Of a stretch of DNA of 21,430 nucleotides, positions 15,895-21,430 are shown piece by piece; the first letter of the stretch is position 1; each line of letters opens with the position of its first letter. Origin of the DNA: a candidate division WOR-3 bacterium (lineage in GTDB: Bacteria; Hydrothermota; UBA3072; B12-G15); the NCBI GenBank assembly GCA_965649055.1, contig CBFGJG010000036.1, positions 1-21,430 of the forward strand. The letters run 5' to 3'. Position numbers and translations under genes: made by a program. Under the pieces are notes generated by a model. It had not been told where the DNA came from. It saw only the letters and a list, made by a program, of their open reading frames with translations, and made no database searches.

Positions 15895-17518
15895 ATTTTG
15901 TTCTTTTTATCCCTGAAAGAACAAGGATAATATTTAATATCAAGGTAAAAATAAAAAATATTAAAAAAGAATTCATTATGATTGGAAAAAGATTGAGATT
16001 GTCTCCCGTAAGTATTCCTTTTATATATTTTGATAAAGGCTGAAAGAAGAGATATAAAGTCAATCCTATGTAAAGTAGAGAAAAGATTGCTGTTAAAAGC
16101 CCGCCTAAACCTGATGCAATCTTTGCTGGATTTGATTCGTTGAATTCAATAAAATAAACTCCAAATGAACCAGATATTATTACTATCGTTATAGAAATTA
16201 GTATCCCTACAAGTATTGTGAATAATGTTATATTAAAGTCATTTGTTAACCTGATATTGCTTAAGTAAATAACAAAGACTGTTAGAATGGTTGTTAATAT
16301 TATATAAAAAATAATTTTTGAAAGGTATAATGTCTTTGGTTTTAAAGGAGAAGACCTGTAAAGCCATAAATAAGGTGTCTCAAGGCTCATTGCAGGGAAT
16401 ACATATCTTAAAGCAAGTGTAGCATTGATATAACCCACAAAGGCAGTATTTATAAGTGCTGTGATTGTAAGCCAGAAAGGGTCTTTAAAATACAGAGGTG
16501 CGTTTCTCAAAGATGCAATATAAAGTATTAAAAGTATAAAGAATATAAGGAATTGAATCCATTGTGATGGAGACCTTATAAATATCCTTACATCTTTTGA
16601 AATGAGATTCAATAGATGTGAGGGTGATGAGATTATGAATCTCGTTTTAATAACTGGACTCAATGTCTGTGATTCATCGTTTAACCAGGTTATTCTATAC
16701 CATATTGAACTTATAATAAAAAGTGTTAAGTATGTTGCGATAGAAAGAAAAAATAGTGCAGAAAAATATCTTGCAATTATTTTAAAATCACCCCTCATAA
16801 GACCAGAGATTATATTAGAAAACCATTCATTTGGGAAATAAGGGTTTGAAAATCTTAAGGAATCAAGGAATTTATTTATCGCATTTAAATCATAAGTGAA
16901 CGGAACCCTGAATGAATAAGGGTTTGTCCTTATATAAAAATAAATAATGATTGAACTGAAAATTATAAGATAGAAAGCGAGTTTTTTTACAGAAAGCCTT
17001 GGATTGAATTTCTTTAAAATTAAAAGTAATGTTATGCTTAAAAATGCGGGAATTGTTATGAACAACAAAACAGGTATAATCAGTGGAATGATAAAGAAAG
17101 GTTTTCTATATGCATTAAGATAAGCAAAAAGAATTGGTAATGCACCTATCATTGTTGCCCAGGAACTGAAAAATATATTGTCAAATAGTTTAAGCAGAAA
17201 TATATTCATAGGAAATAATGGTAATGAAAAAAGGTATTCAACCTCTTTTGAACGATAGAATGTTGAAAGTGATGTTATACCGTTACTGAAAAGGAGCATA
17301 AAGAAGAAAACAAAGAATGAATAGGAAATTATCTTACCTGAAATTATCTCACCTATGTCTTCTATTGTTTTTAAGAATGAAAAAACCCTGTAGAAGAATA
17401 AATATGTTCCTGCAAAAAAAATAAATATTACTGAAAGATAAACAAATGCCTTGAATCTTGATTCACTTTTAAAGAATCCTTTTAATCTCTGTAATCTTAA
17501 TAATATGAGTTCTTTCAA
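15881..17518 (-). CDS. Putative ABC-2-type exporter permease, two-repeat polytopic membrane protein
   Basis: 545 aa with about 12 or more hydrophobic segments; two EcsB-like motif halves (SKEVEYLFSLP...LKL and KDVRIFIR...SLE...RSSPL...SK); TTG start directly after the nrdR stop. Confidence 0.7.
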   Translation of the reverse strand: MKELILLRLQRLKGFFKSESRFKAFVYLSVIFIFFAGTYLFFYRVFSFLKTIEDIGEIISGKIISYSFFVFFFMLLFSNGITSLSTFYRSKEVEYLFSLPLFPMNIFLLKLFDNIFFSSWATMIGALPILFAYLNAYRKPFFIIPLIIPVLLFITIPAFLSITLLLILKKFNPRLSVKKLAFYLIIFSSIIIYFYIRTNPYSFRVPFTYDLNAINKFLDSLRFSNPYFPNEWFSNIISGLMRGDFKIIARYFSALFFLSIATYLTLFIISSIWYRITWLNDESQTLSPVIKTRFIISSPSHLLNLISKDVRIFIRSPSQWIQFLIFFILLILYIASLRNAPLYFKDPFWLTITALINTAFVGYINATLALRYVFPAMSLETPYLWLYRSSPLKPKTLYLSKIIFYIILTTILTVFVIYLSNIRLTNDFNITLFTILVGILISITIVIISGSFGVYFIEFNESNPAKIASGLGGLLTAIFSLLYIGLTLYLFFQPLSKYIKGILTGDNLNLFPIIMNSFLIFFIFTLILNIILVLSGIKRTKYVQK

Positions 17519-17962
17519 TTATAGATTTTTTATTTCTTTTAAAAATTCTTCTTTATCTTCAAATTCCCTGTAAACAGATGCGAATCTGACATATGATACA
17601 TCGTCAAGGACTTTTAACCTTTTCATTATTTCTTCGCCTATAAAAGAAGATTCAACTTCATTTTTACCTAAATCGAATATAAGGCTTGTAACTTCTTCAA
17701 CAAGTTGCTCTATCTGTTTTATGGTTATTGGCCTTTTATGGCAGGCAGTCATAACACCTTTAAGTATTTTTTCCCTTTCAAATGGTTCTCTTCTTCCATC
17801 TTTTTTAATAACAAGTAAAGGAAATTTTTCAATATATTCATATGTTGTGAATCTTTTCCCACATGAAAGGCATTCCCTTCTTCTCCTTATAGCTTCTCCG
17901 TCTTTCACAATCCTTGTATCTATAACCTTATCATCTTCACCTGAACAGAATGGACATTTCAT
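17519..17962 (-). CDS. nrdR: Transcriptional repressor NrdR
   Basis: MKCPFC...KVIDTR...IRRRRECLSCGKRFTTYE zinc ribbon, ATP cone VIKKDGRREPF, YVRFASVYREF. Confidence 0.98.
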   Translation of the reverse strand: MKCPFCSGEDDKVIDTRIVKDGEAIRRRRECLSCGKRFTTYEYIEKFPLLVIKKDGRREPFEREKILKGVMTACHKRPITIKQIEQLVEEVTSLIFDLGKNEVESSFIGEEIMKRLKVLDDVSYVRFASVYREFEDKEEFLKEIKNL

Positions 17963-17968
17963 AAAAAT

Positions 17969-17996
17969 ATGTTAACAAAGGATTTAAAAAAGTCAA
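17969..17996 (-). promoter_or_regulatory. Putative leaderless nrdR promoter, TTGACT-N16-TAACAT (extended TGn)-N6-ATG
   Basis: -35 at 17996-17991 contains the NUDIX TGA stop; -10 at 17974-17969 preceded by TG; no SD before ATG 17962. Confidence 0.6.
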
Positions 17997-18448
17997 TTAA
18001 TATCTCCAAGATAAATCTTCTTTGATTTTTTAAGATTCTTTAATATTTTTCTTGCAGATTGTGGATATAGCCTGTATTTTTCAATATCTTTTAAGGGTAA
18101 CCATTCAATATTTATCTGGAATGAATCAGGTGTTTTTCCTAATTTAGGTTTTTTGTTATTTTTTATAGTGCACAGAAACATAAATTCTATCTGGTGAACA
18201 TTTTTATCTTCTTCTTTGAATTCATGATTTTTCCCGATATACTCCCTTATAAGTTTTAAATCTTTTACGATTATTTCAACACCTATCTCTTCAAGGCATT
18301 CCCTTTTCAATGCATCTATCATTGTTTCCCCTGGTTTCTGACCGCCACCCGGCAATAGATAAAAAACACCGAATTTATCAATACATCTTATCGTAAGTAT
18401 AAATCCATTTTTTATAATTATTGCCTTAACAGAATTTCTTATTTTCAC
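17993..18448 (-). CDS. NUDIX hydrolase
   Basis: Nudix box GGGQKPGETMIDALKRECLEEIG; GTG start. Confidence 0.92.
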   Translation of the reverse strand: MKIRNSVKAIIIKNGFILTIRCIDKFGVFYLLPGGGQKPGETMIDALKRECLEEIGVEIIVKDLKLIREYIGKNHEFKEEDKNVHQIEFMFLCTIKNNKKPKLGKTPDSFQINIEWLPLKDIEKYRLYPQSARKILKNLKKSKKIYLGDIN

Positions 18449-18454
18449 ACCCTG

Positions 18455-18482
18455 AATATATATATAAACTATTGAAAGTCAA
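18455..18482 (-). promoter_or_regulatory. Putative leaderless NUDIX promoter, TTGACT-N16-TATATT-N6-GTG
   Basis: -35 at 18482-18477, -10 at 18460-18455, GTG at 18448. Confidence 0.55.
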
Positions 18483-18509
18483 GTATAAAAAAAACTTAAA
18501 AAAAATGAC

Positions 18510-18563
18510 TTGACATATCTAAAAAAATAAGTAATTTTTTTATCAAATAACCCAAACAGGAGG
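18510..18563 (+). promoter_or_regulatory. Divergent promoter TTGACA-N16-TAATTT and RBS AGGAGG of the C25 peptidase
   Basis: TTGACA 18510-18515, TAATTT 18532-18537, AGGAGG 18558-18563, ATG 18570. Confidence 0.65.
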
Positions 18564-18569
18564 TTTTTT

Positions 18570-21430
18570 ATGGGTAAACGCGTTCTGTTGTTATTTTTGC
18601 TAATGGTCTGTCACCTATGGGCTGGTGAGATTGTTATTACAAAGACAATCTCTGAGAGTGATCTAATCATTACGAAATCCGGTGAATGGGATATTGTGAA
18701 TCTTAAAGGTTATCCTTCTGGAACAAAAGTTGGTGAACCAAGACTGCCAGATGTTCGTGATGCAGTTCTAATACCTGCCGGTTCTTTACCCGTGAAGGTT
18801 GAGATATTATCGGAAGAAGTGATAGAGATTCCCGGTGAATATAACATTATTCCAACACAGAGGGATGTTCCGCTCCCAGTTAAGGGTAAGAAATTTGAAG
18901 GAAAGCCACCTGAACCTAATCCGGATATTTATACAAGAGACCTTATTTATCCATATGAGAAGATAACATTGCTTGGTTCTGGAAGTAAGTGTGGATACCG
19001 GATAACAAATGTAAAGATATATCCTGTTAGATACAATCCAGTAACGAAGAAACTATATCTTACAAAGAAGCTGGTATACAAGGTAATTTATGAAGATGGT
19101 AAGGCAGAGAATTTTATACCTACAGAATATCAGAAGAAGGTTTTTGGAAATGAAGTGAAACTCATGGTAGTTAATCCAAAGGACGTTGACAGGTTTGCAC
19201 CTATTGTTAGAAGAAAACCATCATTACTTGACCCGGGTAATTATCAGTATGTTGTTATTTCAGAGCCACCACTTGATACATGTTTTGAGAGGCTTGTATA
19301 CTGGAAGACAAAGAAAGGTGTTCCAGCGACAATAGTTACAAAATCATGGATAAATTCTAATTATTCAGGAACAGATATACAGATGAAGATAAGGAACTTT
19401 ATCATTGATGCGAAGAATACATGGGGGACTGTATACATACTTCTTGGTGGTTCAGGTGATGATGTTACAGCAGGCCAGAATATCATTCCTTCAAGGGATG
19501 CATGGTATATTGAAGTTGATGGTAACCATTATGACACAATTCCATCGGATTTATATTATGCAGACCTTGATGGAAACTGGAATGCAGATGGTGATAATGT
19601 GTATGGTGAATTGACAGATAATGTCGATATGTATGCAGATGTATATGTAGGAAGGGCACCTGTATATACGATAGCACAGGCACAGAACTTCGTGAATAAG
19701 GTCCTTGCATATGAAAAGGACCCGGAAGTTACAAAGATAAAGAAGATGTTCCTACCATCTGCAATACTCTGGAATGCTTATGAAGAAAGTGATGCTATGC
19801 AGGATTCAATAGCTGATATGACACCTGCTGGGTGGACAGATACAAAACTTTATGAATGGCAGAATAATCTTACACATGATTTATCAATACAGTATCTAAA
19901 TCAGGGATATGGTTTCAGCCATTCAATGGGTCATGGTGATTATGATGGTGTTTATACCTATAACGATGGACCAATATATCACAATGCCGATGCGGATACA
20001 TTAACAAATGGGTATATGGGTGTCTTTAATTCTATCGCCTGTCTTCCTGGTGCTTTTGAGATGAATCCAGGGGAAGACTGTCTTGCTGAACATTTCTTAA
20101 ACAGGGTAATGCATGGTGCACAGGCAGTAATGTTCAATACAAGGTATGGTTGGGGTGCATATGTTGGTTCTGATTATGTTCCTGGTCCATCTGAGAGGAT
20201 AGACACAACATTCTGGCATAAGGTCTTCCATAACAATCAGTATATACTTGGTCAGCCATTCCATGGTGCAAAAGACCAGTGGGTTCCTTATGCAGATTCA
20301 GGTGATGAACACGATATGACGAGATGGTGTATATATGAACATACGCTGTTTGGAGACCCTGAACTTCCATTATGGACAGATTATAAGACATTAACAGTTA
20401 ACCATCCCGGAACACATCCTGTTGGTGGTGCTGGTTTCACTGTGAATGTTACAGATGGTTCAAAGGCACCTGTTGAGAATGCAAGGGTTACTCTGTGGTG
20501 TAAACTTGATAATTCAAAATATGTAACAGGATACACAAATGCATCTGGAGAAGTAACACTTTCACCTAATGCTTCTATGGTTGGTGATACGATGTGGGTT
20601 ACTGTAACAAAACAGAATTATGACCCTTACGAAGGTTTTGCGATTATTGTTGCAGGGATGAAGGTTACAGTTGAACCTGATACAATAGATGTGAATACAT
20701 CAACTGCTGTAACAGTTACTGTAATGGATTCATCAGGGACAATACCACAAACAAATATTGAGGTTAAGATTTCAGGTTACGATGTTTCATACTGTGATAC
20801 AACTGATGCATCTGGTAATGCATCATTCCCGAGTGTTATTTCACCTTATGGACAATTACTCTTTGTATATGGTAGGAAGTTGACAGAAACCTGGAATTCA
20901 TTCATAGATACAATCTGGGTTATAAATGCATCCAATTTTGTATCAGCAGATATACAGGGTAATGCACCTTTAATAAATGTATCAGGGTATCTTATGAAAG
21001 GTATACCCGGTGTTGTAACATCAACCACAACACCATCGGGTCATAAGGTTATCCTTTCCGGATGCGGTATAGATACGAATGTTACAACATCTTCAGGTTC
21101 TGTTGATATAGATGTTCTACCAACATCAAACGGGAGAATAACCGGGACAATTTTGAAGAATGGTTATTATATCTATCAGGAAGATATAACAGTTAAGAAT
21201 TTCAGAGGATATGTAACAGGTATAGTAAGGAATGCGAATACATCTAATCCAGTACCAAATGCGAAGGTTATATTCTGTGAAGGAGATGGTGATACAGTTG
21301 TAAATGTTTTAACTAATGCAAGTGGTGTATTCACTGCATCTGATTCACTCATTTGTGGATACTATGATGTTTATGTCTCTGCATTTGGTTATTATAACTA
21401 TTCAACGAATGTTGTTGTCCAGAATCCTAC
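18570..21430 (+). CDS. Secreted C25 family (gingipain-like) cysteine peptidase with propeptide and Ig-like/carboxypeptidase-regulatory-like domains; 3' end outside the window
   Basis: Hand translation is open from ATG 18570 to the window end (953 codons). Signal peptide MGKRVLLLFLLMVCHLWA; propeptide GEPRLP...YPVRYNP; catalytic domain YILLGG, SDLYYADLDG, VGRAP, MGHG (His codon 19932-19934), SIAC (Cys codon 20040-20042), LFGDPELP; then beta-rich Ig-like segments. Confidence 0.93.
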   Translation, partial: MGKRVLLLFLLMVCHLWAGEIVITKTISESDLIITKSGEWDIVNLKGYPSGTKVGEPRLPDVRDAVLIPAGSLPVKVEILSEEVIEIPGEYNIIPTQRDVPLPVKGKKFEGKPPEPNPDIYTRDLIYPYEKITLLGSGSKCGYRITNVKIYPVRYNPVTKKLYLTKKLVYKVIYEDGKAENFIPTEYQKKVFGNEVKLMVVNPKDVDRFAPIVRRKPSLLDPGNYQYVVISEPPLDTCFERLVYWKTKKGVPATIVTKSWINSNYSGTDIQMKIRNFIIDAKNTWGTVYILLGGSGDDVTAGQNIIPSRDAWYIEVDGNHYDTIPSDLYYADLDGNWNADGDNVYGELTDNVDMYADVYVGRAPVYTIAQAQNFVNKVLAYEKDPEVTKIKKMFLPSAILWNAYEESDAMQDSIADMTPAGWTDTKLYEWQNNLTHDLSIQYLNQGYGFSHSMGHGDYDGVYTYNDGPIYHNADADTLTNGYMGVFNSIACLPGAFEMNPGEDCLAEHFLNRVMHGAQAVMFNTRYGWGAYVGSDYVPGPSERIDTTFWHKVFHNNQYILGQPFHGAKDQWVPYADSGDEHDMTRWCIYEHTLFGDPELPLWTDYKTLTVNHPGTHPVGGAGFTVNVTDGSKAPVENARVTLWCKLDNSKYVTGYTNASGEVTLSPNASMVGDTMWVTVTKQNYDPYEGFAIIVAGMKVTVEPDTIDVNTSTAVTVTVMDSSGTIPQTNIEVKISGYDVSYCDTTDASGNASFPSVISPYGQLLFVYGRKLTETWNSFIDTIWVINASNFVSADIQGNAPLINVSGYLMKGIPGVVTSTTTPSGHKVILSGCGIDTNVTTSSGSVDIDVLPTSNGRITGTILKNGYYIYQEDITVKNFRGYVTGIVRNANTSNPVPNAKVIFCEGDGDTVVNVLTNASGVFTASDSLICGYYDVYVSAFGYYNYSTNVVVQNP

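Noticed and set aside
2039..17975. Other short plus-strand ORFs of 60-125 aa
   Set aside because: All lie antisense to well-supported minus-strand genes and show no motifs.
19405..21028. Four short ORFs (19405, 19483, 20134, 20846)
   Set aside because: They are alternative-frame or antisense ORFs inside the C25 peptidase gene.

Overview
This is an AT-rich, densely coding bacterial chromosomal window. The lolA-like gene and the gingipain-type C25 peptidase point to a diderm, possibly FCB-affiliated lineage such as WOR-3 (inference only). Minus strand, in transcription order: NUDIX hydrolase; nrdR, an orphan ABC-2-type permease and an HhH-GPD/EndoIII-like glycosylase; ftsK, lolA-like and queG; a galE-like epimerase; a XdhD/YgfM-type three-subunit molybdo-flavoenzyme with an allantoinase-like amidohydrolase; a YbhG/split-YbhF/YbhS/YbhR-like ABC efflux operon; and the first 8 codons of another gene. 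Plus strand: a secreted C25 cysteine peptidase of at least 953 aa (18570 to the window end) that the ORF track omits. Three non-coding signals stand out. (1) A 204-bp direct repeat (137-340 and 5309-5512, 5 substitutions) brackets the efflux operon. It is built from alternating GTCATT-N-CGA...G-N'-AATCT palindromic units with compensatory changes, and a plus-strand promoter precedes copy 1. (2) Four genes have a TTGAC(A/T)-16/17-TAnnnT promoter with the -10 box exactly 6 nt before the start codon, consistent with leaderless mRNAs. (3) Three -35 boxes overlap the last or stop codons of the upstream gene. No CRISPR array, rRNA, tRNA, transposase or integrase was seen.
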